This document shows, piece by piece, positions 40,670 to 52,600 of a stretch of 64,000 bases of DNA (position 1 is the first letter of the stretch; each line of letters starts with the position of its first letter). The notes beneath the pieces are model-generated. The model ran no database searches. It was not told where the DNA came from and was given only the letters and a program-made list of their open reading frames with translations. The DNA is from Eledone cirrhosa (taxonomy: Eukaryota). The stretch spans positions 290,594,001 through 290,658,000 of the forward strand of contig OZ024740.1 in the NCBI GenBank assembly GCA_964016885.1, in the 5' to 3' direction. Position numbers and translations under genes: made by a program.

Positions 40670-43600
40670 CGTTTTTTATTTGGGTGCCCCGTTTTTTTAT
40701 GGGGGGGGTCCGTTTTTTATCTGGGTACCCCGTTTTTTATTTGGGTGCCTCGTTTTTTTATGGGGGGGGGTCCGTTTTTTATTTCGGTGCCCCGTTTTTT
40801 ATTTGGGTACCCCGTTTTTTATTTGGGTGCCCCGTTTTTTTATGGGGGGGTCCGTTTTTTATTTGGGTGCCCCGTTCTTTTATGGGGGGGCGGTCCGTTT
40901 TTATTTGGGTGCCCCGTTTTTTATTTGGGTGCCCCGTTTTTTGTTTGGGTGCCCCGTTTTTTTTATGGGGGGGTCCGTTTTTTAATTGGGTACCCCGTTT
41001 TTTATTTGGGTGCCCCGTTTTTTTATGGGGGGTTCCGTTTTTTATTTGGGTGCCCTATTTTTTATTTGGGCGCCCCGTTTTTTATTTGGGTGCCCCGTTT
41101 TTTATTTGGGTGCCCCGTTTTTTATTTGGGTGCCCCGTTTTTTTATGGGGGGGGGGTCCGTTTTTTATCTGGGTACCCCGTTTTTTATTTGTGTACCCCG
41201 TTTTTTATTTGGGTGCCCCGTTTTTTATTTGGGTGCCCCTTTTTTTATTTGGGCGCCCCGTTTTTTATTTAGGTGCCCCGTTTTTTTATGGGGGTGTCCG
41301 TTTTTTATCTGGGTACCCCGTTTTTTATTTGGGTACCCCGTTTTTTATTTGGGTGCCCCGTTTTTTATTTGGGTGCCCCTTTTTTATGGGGGGTCCGTTT
41401 TTTATTTCGGTGCCCCGTTTTTTGATGGGGGGGTCTGTTTTTTATTTGGGTGCCCCGTTTTCTATTTGGGTGCCCCGTTTTTTATTTGGGTGCCCCGTTT
41501 GTTATTTGGGTGCCCCGTTTTTTTATGGGGGGGGTCCGTTTTTTATCTGGGTACCCCGTTTTTTATTTGGGTACCCCGTATTTTATTTGGGTGCCCCGTT
41601 TTTTTATGGGAGGGGGTCCGTTTTTTATTTGGATACCCCGTTTTTTATTTGGGTGCCCCGTTTTTTTATGGGGGGTCCGTTTTTTATTTCGGTGCCCCGT
41701 TTTTTGATGGGGGGGTCCGTTTTTTATTTGGGTGCCCCGTTTTTTATTTGGGTGCCCCGTTTTTTTATGGGGGGGTCCGTTTTTTATTTCGGTGCCCCGT
41801 TTTTTATTTGGGTGCCTCGTTTTTTATTTGGGTGCCCCGTTTTTTTATGGGGGGGGTCCGTTTTTTATTTGGGTGCCCCGTTTTTTATTTGGGTGCCCCG
41901 TTTTTTATTTGGGTGCCCCGTTTTTTTATGGGGGGGTCCGTTTTTTATTTGGGTGCCCCGTTTTTTATTTGGGTGCCCCGTTTTTTGATGGGGGGGTCCG
42001 TTTTTTATTTGGGTGCCCCGTTTTTTATTTGGGTGCCCCGTTTTTTTATGGGGGTTCCGTTTTTTATTTCGGTGCCCCGTTTTTTGATGGGGGGGTCCGT
42101 TTTTTATTTGGGTACCCCGTTTTTTATTTGGGTGCCCCGTTTTTTTATGGGGGGTCCGTATTTTTTTGGATACCCCGTTTTTTATTTGGGTGTCCCGTTT
42201 TTTGATGGGGGGGGTCCGTTTATTATCTGGGTACCCCGTTTTTTATTTGGGTGCCCCGTTTTTTATTTGGGTGCTCCGTTTTTTATTTGGGTGCCCCGTT
42301 TTTTATTTGGGTGCCCCGTTTTTTTATGGGGGGGTTGGTTTTTTATTTGGGTGCCCCGTTTTTTATTTGGGTGCCCCGTTTGTTATTTGGGTGCCCCGTT
42401 TTTTTATGGGGGGGGTCCGTTTTTTATCTGGGTACCCCGTTTTTTATTTGGGTACCCCGTATTTTATTTGGGTGCCCCGTTTTTTTATGGGAGGGGGTCC
42501 GTTTTTTATTTGGATACCCCGTTTTTTATTTGGGTGCCCCGTTTTTTTATGGGGGGTCCGTTTTTTATTTCGGTGCCCCGTTTTTTGATGGGGGGGTCCG
42601 TTTTTTATTTGGGTGCCCCGTTTTTTATTTGGGTGCCCCGTTTTTTTATGGGGGGGTCCGTTTTTTATTTCGGTGCCCCGTTTTTTATTTGGGTGCCTCG
42701 TTTTTTATTTGGGTGCCCCGTTTTTTTATGGGGGGGGTCCGTTTTTTATTTGGGTGCCCCGTTTTTTTATGGGGGTTCCGTTTTTTATTTCGGTGCCCCG
42801 TTTTTTGATGGGGGGTCCGTTTTTTATTTGGGTACCCCGTTTTTTATTTGGGTGCCCCGTTTTTTTATGGGGGGGGTCCGTTTTTTTTGGATACCCCGTT
42901 TTTTATTTGGGTGTCCCGTTTTTTGATGGGGGGGGTCCGTTTATTATCTGGGTACCCCGTTTTTTATTTGGGTGCCCCGTTTTTTATTTGGGTGCTCCGT
43001 TTTTTATTTGGGTGCCCCGTTTTTTATTTGGGTGCCCCGTTTTTTTATGGGGGGGTTGGTTTTTTTATTTGGGTGCCCCGTTTTTTTATGGGGGGTCCGT
43101 TTTTTATTTGGGTGCCCCGTTTTTTATTTGGGTGCCCCGTTTTTTATTTGGGTGCTCCGTTTTTTATTTGGGTGCCCCGTTTTTTATTTGGGTGCCCCGA
43201 TTTTTTATGGGGGGTCCGTTTTTTATTTCGGTGCCCCGTTTTTTTATTTGGGTGCCCCGTTTTTTATGGGGGGTCCGTTTTTTATTTCGGTGCCCCGTTT
43301 TTTGATGGGGGGTCCGTTTTTTATTTGGGTGCCCCGTTTTTTATTTGGGTGCCCCGTTTTTTAATGGGGGGGGTCCGTTTTTTATTTGGGTGCCCCATTT
43401 TTTATTTGGGTGCCCCGTTCTTTATTTGGGTGCCCCGTTTTTTATTTGGGTGCCCCGTTTTTTTATGGGGGGGGTCCGTTTTTTATCTGGGTACCCCGTT
43501 TTTTATTTGGGTACCCCGTTTTTTATTTGGGTGCCCCGTTTTTTTATGGGGGTGTCCGTTTTTTATCTGGGTACCCCGTTTTTTATTTGGGTACCCCGTT

Positions 43601-46600
43601 TTTTATTTGGGTGCCCCGTTTTTTATTTGGGTGCCCCGTTTTTTATTTGGGTGCCCCGTTTTTTTTACGGGGGGGGTCCGTTTTTTATTCGGGTGCCCCG
43701 TTTTTTTATGGGGGGGGTTCGTTTTTTATTTGGGTACCCCGTTTTTTATTTGGGTGCCCCGTTTTTTTATGGGGGGGGGTCCGTTTTTTTTTGGATACCC
43801 CGTTTTTTATTTGGGTGCCCCGTTTTTTTATGGGGGGGGTCCGTTTATTATCTGGGTACCCCGTTTTTTATTTGGGTGCCCCGTTTTTTTATGGGGGGGG
43901 TCCGTTTTTTATTTGGGTGCCCCGTTTTTTATTTGGGTGCCTCGTTTTTTATTTGGGTGCCCCGTTTTTTTTATGGGGGGGGTCCGTTTTTTATTTGGGT
44001 GCCCCGTTTTTTTATGGGGGGGTCCGTTTTTTATTTGGGTGCCCCGTTCTTTATTTGGGTGCCCCGTTTTTTATTTGGGTGCCCCGTTTTTTTATGGGGG
44101 GGGGGTCCGTTTTTTATCTGGGTACCCCGTTTTTTATTTGGGTACCCCGTTTTTTATTTGGGTGCCCCGTTTTTTTATGGGGGTGTCCGTTTTTTATCTG
44201 GGTACCCCGTTTTTTATTTGGGTACCCCGTTTTTTATTTGGGTGCCCCGTTCTTTATTTGGGTGCCCCGTTTTTTTTACGGGGGGGGTCCGTTTTTTATT
44301 CGGGTGCCCCGTTTTTTTATGGGGGGGGTTCGTTTTTTATTTGGGTACCCCGTTTTTTATTTGGGTGCCCCGTTTTTTTATGGGGGGGTCCGTTTTTTTT
44401 TGGATACCCCGTTTTTTATTTGGGTGCCCCGTTTTTTATGGGGGGGGTCCGTTTATTATCTGGGTACCCCGTTTTTTATTTGGGTGCCCCGTTTTTTATT
44501 TGGGTGCTCCGTTTTTTATTTGGGTGCACCGTTTTTTATTTGGGTGACCCGTTTTTTTATGGGGGGGTCCGTTTTTTATTTGGGTGCCCCGTTTTTTATT
44601 TGGGTGCCCCGTTTTTTTATGGGGGTCCGTTTTTTATTTCGGTGCCCCGTTTTTTCATGGGGGGGTCCGTTTTTTATTTGGGTGCCCCGTTTTTTTATGG
44701 GGGGGGGTCCGTTTTTTATTTGGGTGCCCCGTTTTTTATTTGGGTGCCTCGTTTTTTATTTGGGTGCCCCGTTTATTTATGGGGGGGGTCCGTTTTTTAT
44801 TTGGGTGCCCCGTTTTTTTATGGGGGGGTCCGTTTTTTATTTGGGTGCCCCGTTCTTTATTTGGGTGCCCCGTTTTTTATTTGGGTGCCCCGTTTTTTTA
44901 TGGGGGGGTCCGTTTTTTATCTGGGTACCCCGTTTTTTATTTGGGTACCCCGTTTTTTATTTGGGTGCCCCGTTTTTTTATGGGGGTGTCCGTTTTTTAT
45001 CTGGGTACCCCGTTTTTTATTTGGGTACCCCGTTTTTTATTTGGGTGCCCCGTTTTTTATTTGGGTGCCCCGTTTTTTATTTGGGTGCCCCGTTCTTTTT
45101 ACGGGGGGGTCCGTTTTTTATTTGGGTGCCCCGTTTTTTTATGGGGGGGGGGCCGTTTTTTATTTGGGTACCCCGTTTTTTATTTGGGTGCCCCGTTTTT
45201 TTATGGGGGGGTCCGTTTTTTTTTGGATACCCCGTTTTTTATTTGGGTGCCCCGTTTTTTTATGGGGGGGGGGTCCGTTTATTATCTGGGTACCCCGTTT
45301 TTTATTTGGGTGCCCCGTTTTTTATTTGGGTGCTCCGTTTTTTATTTGGGTGCCCCGTTTTTTATTTGGGTGCCCCGTTTTTTTATGGGGGTCCGTTTTT
45401 TATTTCGGTGCCCCGTTTTTTGATGGGGGGGTCCGTTTTTTATTTGGGTGCCTCGTTTTTTATTTGGGTGCCCCGTTTTTTTATGGGGGGGGTCCGTTTT
45501 TTATTTGGGTGCCCCGTTTTTTTATGGGGGGGGTCCGTTTTTTATTTGGGTGCCCCGTTTTTTATTTGGGTGCCCCGTTTTTTTATGGGGGGGGGGTCCG
45601 TTTTTTATTTGGGTGCCCCGTTTCTTTATGGGGGGTTCCGTTTTTTATTTGGGTGCCCTATTTTTTATTTGGGCGCCCCGTTTTTTTATGGGGGGGGGTC
45701 CGTTTTTTATTTGGGTGCCCCGTTTTTTATTTGGGTGCCCCGTTTTTTTTATGGGGGGGTCCGTTTTTTATTTGGGTGCCCCGTTTTTTTATGGGGGGGG
45801 TCCGTTTTTTATTTGGGTGCCCCGTTTTTTATGGGGGGTTCCGTTTTTTATTTGGGTGCCCTATTTTTTATTTGGGCGCCCCGTTTTTTATTTGGGTGCC
45901 CCGTTTTTTATTTGGGTGCCCCGTTTTTTATCTGGGTACCCCGTTTTTTATTTGGGTGCCCCGTTTTTTATTTGGGTGCCTCGTTTTTTATTTGGGTACC
46001 CCGTTTTTTATTTGGGTGCCCCGTTTTTTTATGGGGGGGGTCCGTTTTTTATATGGGGGGGTCCGTTTTTTATTTGGGTGCCCCGTTTTTTATTTGGGTG
46101 CCCCGTTTTTTATTTGGGTACCCCGTTTTTTATTTGGGTGCCCCGTTTTTTTTATGGGGGGGTCCGTTTTTTATTTGGGTGCCCCGTTTTTTTATGGGGG
46201 GGGTCCGTTTTTTATTTCGGTGCCCCGTTTTTTATTTGGGTACCCCGTTTTTTATTTGGGTGCCCCGTTTTTTTTATGGGGGGGTCCGTTTTTTATTTGG
46301 GTGCCCCGTTTTTTTATGGGGGGGTCCGTTTTTTTATTTGGATACCCCGTTTTTTATTTGGGTGCCCCGTTTTTTATTTGGGTGCCCCGTTTTTTTATGG
46401 GGGGGTCCGTTTTATATCTGGGTACCCCGTTTTTTATTTGGGTACCCCGTTTTTTATTTGGGTGCCCCGTTTTTTATTTGGGTGCCCCGTTTTTTGTTTG
46501 GGTGCCCCGTTTTTTTTATGGGGGGGTCCGTTTTTTATTTGGGTGCCCCGTTTTTTATTTGGGTGCCCCGTTTTTTATTTGGGTGCCCCGTTTTTTTATG

Positions 46601-49600
46601 GGGGGGTCCGTTTTTTATCTGGGTACCCCGTTTTTTATTTGGGTACCCCTCTTTTTATTTGGGTGCCCCGTTTTTTATTTGGGTGCCCCGTTTTTTATTT
46701 GGGTGCCCCGTTTTTTTATGGGGGGGGCCCGTTTTTTATTTGGGTACCCCGTTTTTTATTTGGGTGCCCCGTTTTTTTATGGGGGGGGTCCGTTTTTTAT
46801 TTGGGTACCCCGTTTTTTATTTGGGTGCCCCGTTTTTTTATGGGGGGGTCCGTTTTTTATTTGGGTGCCCTATTTTTTATTTGGGTGCCCCGTTTTTTAT
46901 TTGGGTGCCCCGTTTTTTATTTGGGTGCCCCGTTTTTTTATGGGGGGGTCCGTTTTTTATTTGGGTGCCCCGTTTTTTATTTGGGTGCCCCGTTTTTTTA
47001 TGGGGGGATCCGTTTTTTATTTGGGTACCCCGTTTTTTATTTGGGTGCCTCGTTTTTTTATGGGGGGGGTCCGTTTTTTATTTCGGTGCCCCGTTTTTTA
47101 TTTGGGTACCCCGTTTTTTTATGGGGGGGTCCGTTTTTTATTTGGGTGCCCCGTTTTTTATTTGGGTGCCCCGTTTTTTTATGGGGGTCCGTTTTTTATT
47201 TCGGTGCCCCGTTTTTTGATGGGGGGGTCCGTTTTTTATTTGGGTGCCCCGTTTTTTTATGGGGGGGGTCCGTTTTTTATTTGGGTGCCCCGTTTTTTAT
47301 TTGGGTGCCCCGTTTTTTATTTGGGTGCTCCGTTTTTTATTTGGGTGCCCCGTTTTTTATTTGGGTGCTCCGTTTTTTATTTGGGTGCCCCGTTTTTTAT
47401 TTGGGTGCCCCGTTTTTTATTTGGGTGCCCCGTTTTTTATTTGGGTGCCCCGTTTTTTTATGGGGGGGTCCGTTTTTTATTTGGGTACCCCGTTTTTTAT
47501 TTGGGTGCCCCGTTTTTTATTTGGGTGCTCCGTTTTTTATTTGGGTGCCCCGTTTTTTATTTGGGTGCCCCGTTTTTTATTTGGGTGCCCCGTTTTTTAT
47601 TTGGGTGCCCCGTTTTTTTATCGGGGGGGTCCGTTTTTTATCTGGGTACCCCGTTTTTTATTTGGGTACCCCGTTTTTTATTTGGGTGCCCGGTTTTTTT
47701 ATGGAGAGGGTCCGTTTTTTATTTGGTTGCCCCGTTTTTTTATGGGGGGGTCCGTTTTTTATTTGGATACCCCGTTTTTTATTTGGGTGCCCCGTTTTTT
47801 TATGGGGGTGTCCGTTTTTTATTTGGGTGCCCCGTTTTTTATTTGGGTGCCCCGTTTTTTATTTGGGTGCCCCGTTTTTTATTTGGGTGCCCCGTTTTTT
47901 TATGGGGGGGGTCCGTTTTTTAATTGGGTGCCCCGTTTTTTTATTTGGGTACCCCGTTTTTTTATGGGGGGGTCCGTTTTTTATTTGGGTGCCCCGTTTT
48001 TTATTTGGGTGCCCCGTTTTTTTATGGGGGTCCGTTTTTTATTTCGGTGCCCCGTTTTTTGATGGGGGGGTCCGTTTTTTATTTGGGTGCCCCGTTTTTT
48101 TATGGGGGGGGTCCGTTTTTTATTTGGGTGCCCCGTTTTTTATTTGGGTGCCCCGTTTTTTATTTGGGTGCTCCGTTTTTTATTTGGGTGCCCCGTTTTT
48201 TATTTGGGTGCTCCGTTTTTTATTTGGGTGCCCCGTTTTTTATTTGGGTGCCCCGTTTTTTATTTGGGTGCCCCGTTTTTTATTTGGGTGCCCCGTTTTT
48301 TTATGGGGGGGTCCGTTTTTTATTTGGGTACCCCGTTTTTTATTTGGGTGCCCCGTTTTTTATTTGGGTGCTCCGTTTTTTATTTGGGTGCCCCGTTTTT
48401 TATTTGGGTGCCCCGTTTTTTATTTGGGTGCCCCGTTTTTTATTTGGGTGCCCCGTTTTTTTATCGGGGGGGTCCGTTTTTTATCTGGGTACCCCGTTTT
48501 TTATTTGGGTACCCCGTTTTTTATTTGGGTGCCCGGTTTTTTTATGGAGAGGGTCCGTTTTTTATTTGGTTGCCCCGTTTTTTTATGGGGGGGTCCGTTT
48601 TTTATTTGGATACCCCGTTTTTTATTTGGGTGCCCCGTTTTTTTATGGGGGTGTCCGTTTTTTATTTGGGTGCCCCGTTTTTTATTTGGGTGCCCCGTTT
48701 TTTATTTGGGTGCCCCGTTTTTTATTTGGGTGCCCCGTTTTTTTATGGGGGGGGTCCGTTTTTTAATTGGGTGCCCCGTTTTTTTATTTGGGTACCCCGT
48801 TTTTTATTTGGGTGCCTCGTTTTTTTATGGGGGGGTCCGTTTTTTATTTGGGTACCCCGTTTTTTATTTGGGTGCCCCGTTTTTTATTTGGGTGCCCCGT
48901 TTTTTATTTGGGTGCCCCGTTCTTTTATTTGGGTGCCCCGTTTTTCATTTGGGTGCCCCGTTTTTTTTATGGGGGGGTCCGTTTTTTATTTGGGTGCCCC
49001 GTTTTTTTATGGGGGGGGTCCGTTTTTTATCTGGGTACCCCGTTTTTTATTTGGGTGCCTCGTTTTTTTATGGGGGGGGGTCCGTTTTTTATTTCGGTGC
49101 CCCGTTTTTTATTTGGGTACCCCGTTTTTTATTTGGGTGCCCCGTTTTTTTATGGGGGGGTCCGTTTTTTATTTGGGTGCCCCGTTCTTTTATGGGGGGG
49201 CGGTCCGTTTTTATTTGGGTGCCCCGTTTTTTATTTGGGTGCCCCGTTTTTTGTTTGGGTGCCCCGTTTTTTTTATGGGGGGGTCCGTTTTTTAATTGGG
49301 TACCCCGTTTTTTATTTGGGTGCCCCGTTTTTTTATGGGGGGTTCCGTTTTTTATTTGGGTGCCCTATTTTTTATTTGGGCGCCCCGTTTTTTATTTGGG
49401 TGCCCCGTTTTTTATTTGGGTGCCCCGTTTTTTATTTGGGTGCCCCGTTTTTTTATGGGGGGGGGGTCCGTTTTTTATCTGGGTACCCCGTTTTTTATTT
49501 GTGTACCCCGTTTTTTATTTGGGTGCCCCGTTTTTTATTTGGGTGCCCCTTTTTTTATTTGGGCGCCCCGTTTTTTATTTAGGTGCCCCGTTTTTTTATG

Positions 49601-52600
49601 GGGGTGTCCGTTTTTTATCTGGGTACCCCGTTTTTTATTTGGGTACCCCGTTTTTTATTTGGGTGCCCCGTTTTTTATTTGGGTGCCCCTTTTTTATGGG
49701 GGGTCCGTTTTTTATTTCGGTGCCCCGTTTTTTGATGGGGGGGTCTGTTTTTTATTTGGGTGCCCCGTTTTCTATTTGGGTGCCCCGTTTTTTATTTGGG
49801 TGCCCCGTTTGTTATTTGGGTGCCCCGTTTTTTTATGGGGGGGGTCCGTTTTTTATCTGGGTACCCCGTTTTTTATTTGGGTACCCCGTATTTTATTTGG
49901 GTGCCCCGTTTTTTTATGGGAGGGGGTCCGTTTTTTATTTGGATACCCCGTTTTTTATTTGGGTGCCCCGTTTTTTTATGGGGGGTCCGTTTTTTATTTC
50001 GGTGCCCCGTTTTTTGATGGGGGGGTCCGTTTTTTATTTGGGTGCCCCGTTTTTTATTTGGGTGCCCCGTTTTTTTATGGGGGGGTCCGTTTTTTATTTC
50101 GGTGCCCCGTTTTTTATTTGGGTGCCTCGTTTTTTATTTGGGTGCCCCGTTTTTTTATGGGGGGGGTCCGTTTTTTATTTGGGTGCCCCGTTTTTTATTT
50201 GGGTGCCCCGTTTTTTATTTGGGTGCCCCGTTTTTTTATGGGGGGGTCCGTTTTTTATTTGGGTGCCCCGTTTTTTATTTGGGTGCCCCGTTTTTTGATG
50301 GGGGGGTCCGTTTTTTATTTGGGTGCCCCGTTTTTTATTTGGGTGCCCCGTTTTTTTATGGGGGTTCCGTTTTTTATTTCGGTGCCCCGTTTTTTGATGG
50401 GGGGGTCCGTTTTTTATTTGGGTACCCCGTTTTTTATTTGGGTGCCCCGTTTTTTTATGGGGGGTCCGTATTTTTTTGGATACCCCGTTTTTTATTTGGG
50501 TGTCCCGTTTTTTGATGGGGGGGGTCCGTTTATTATCTGGGTACCCCGTTTTTTATTTGGGTGCCCCGTTTTTTATTTGGGTGCTCCGTTTTTTATTTGG
50601 GTGCCCCGTTTTTTATTTGGGTGCCCCGTTTTTTTATGGGGGGGTTGGTTTTTTATTTGGGTGCCCCGTTTTTTATTTGGGTGCCCCGTTTGTTATTTGG
50701 GTGCCCCGTTTTTTTATGGGGGGGGTCCGTTTTTTATCTGGGTACCCCGTTTTTTATTTGGGTACCCCGTATTTTATTTGGGTGCCCCGTTTTTTTATGG
50801 GAGGGGGTCCGTTTTTTATTTGGATACCCCGTTTTTTATTTGGGTGCCCCGTTTTTTTATGGGGGGTCCGTTTTTTATTTCGGTGCCCCGTTTTTTGATG
50901 GGGGGGTCCGTTTTTTATTTGGGTGCCCCGTTTTTTATTTGGGTGCCCCGTTTTTTTATGGGGGGGTCCGTTTTTTATTTCGGTGCCCCGTTTTTTATTT
51001 GGGTGCCTCGTTTTTTATTTGGGTGCCCCGTTTTTTTATGGGGGGGGTCCGTTTTTTATTTGGGTGCCCCGTTTTTTTATGGGGGTTCCGTTTTTTATTT
51101 CGGTGCCCCGTTTTTTGATGGGGGGTCCGTTTTTTATTTGGGTACCCCGTTTTTTATTTGGGTGCCCCGTTTTTTTATGGGGGGGGTCCGTTTTTTTTGG
51201 ATACCCCGTTTTTTATTTGGGTGTCCCGTTTTTTGATGGGGGGGGTCCGTTTATTATCTGGGTACCCCGTTTTTTATTTGGGTGCCCCGTTTTTTATTTG
51301 GGTGCTCCGTTTTTTATTTGGGTGCCCCGTTTTTTATTTGGGTGCCCCGTTTTTTTATGGGGGGGTTGGTTTTTTTATTTGGGTGCCCCGTTTTTTTATG
51401 GGGGGTCCGTTTTTTATTTGGGTGCCCCGTTTTTTATTTGGGTGCCCCGTTTTTTATTTGGGTGCTCCGTTTTTTATTTGGGTGCCCCGTTTTTTATTTG
51501 GGTGCCCCGATTTTTTATGGGGGGTCCGTTTTTTATTTCGGTGCCCCGTTTTTTTATTTGGGTGCCCCGTTTTTTATGGGGGGTCCGTTTTTTATTTCGG
51601 TGCCCCGTTTTTTGATGGGGGGTCCGTTTTTTATTTGGGTGCCCCGTTTTTTATTTGGGTGCCCCGTTTTTTAATGGGGGGGGTCCGTTTTTTATTTGGG
51701 TGCCCCATTTTTTATTTGGGTGCCCCGTTCTTTATTTGGGTGCCCCGTTTTTTATTTGGGTGCCCCGTTTTTTTATGGGGGGGGTCCGTTTTTTATCTGG
51801 GTACCCCGTTTTTTATTTGGGTACCCCGTTTTTTATTTGGGTGCCCCGTTTTTTTATGGGGGTGTCCGTTTTTTATCTGGGTACCCCGTTTTTTATTTGG
51901 GTACCCCGTTTTTTATTTGGGTGCCCCGTTTTTTATTTGGGTGCCCCGTTTTTTATTTGGGTGCCCCGTTTTTTTTACGGGGGGGGTCCGTTTTTTATTC
52001 GGGTGCCCCGTTTTTTTATGGGGGGGGTTCGTTTTTTATTTGGGTACCCCGTTTTTTATTTGGGTGCCCCGTTTTTTTATGGGGGGGGTCCGTTTTTTTT
52101 TGGATACCCCGTTTTTTATTTGGGTGCCCCGTTTTTTTATGGGGGGGGTCCGTTTATTATCTGGGTACCCCGTTTTTTATTTGGGTGCCCCGTTTTTTTA
52201 TGGGGGGGGTCCGTTTTTTATTTGGGTGCCCCGTTTTTTATTTGGGTGCCTCGTTTTTTATTTGGGTGCCCCGTTTTTTTATGGGGGGGGTCCGTTTTTT
52301 ATTTGGGTGCCCCGTTTTTTTATGGGGGGGTCCGTTTTTTATTTGGGTGCCCCGTTCTTTATTTGGGTGCCCCGTTTTTTATTTGGGTGCCCCGTTTTTT
52401 TATGGGGGGGGGGTCCGTTTTTTATCTGGGTACCCCGTTTTTTATTTGGGTACCCCGTTTTTTATTTGGGTGCCCCGTTTTTTTATGGGGGTGTCCGTTT
52501 TTTATCTGGGTACCCCGTTTTTTATTTGGGTACCCCGTTTTTTATTTGGGTGCCCCGTTCTTTATTTGGGTGCCCCGTTTTTTTTACGGGGGGGGTCCGT

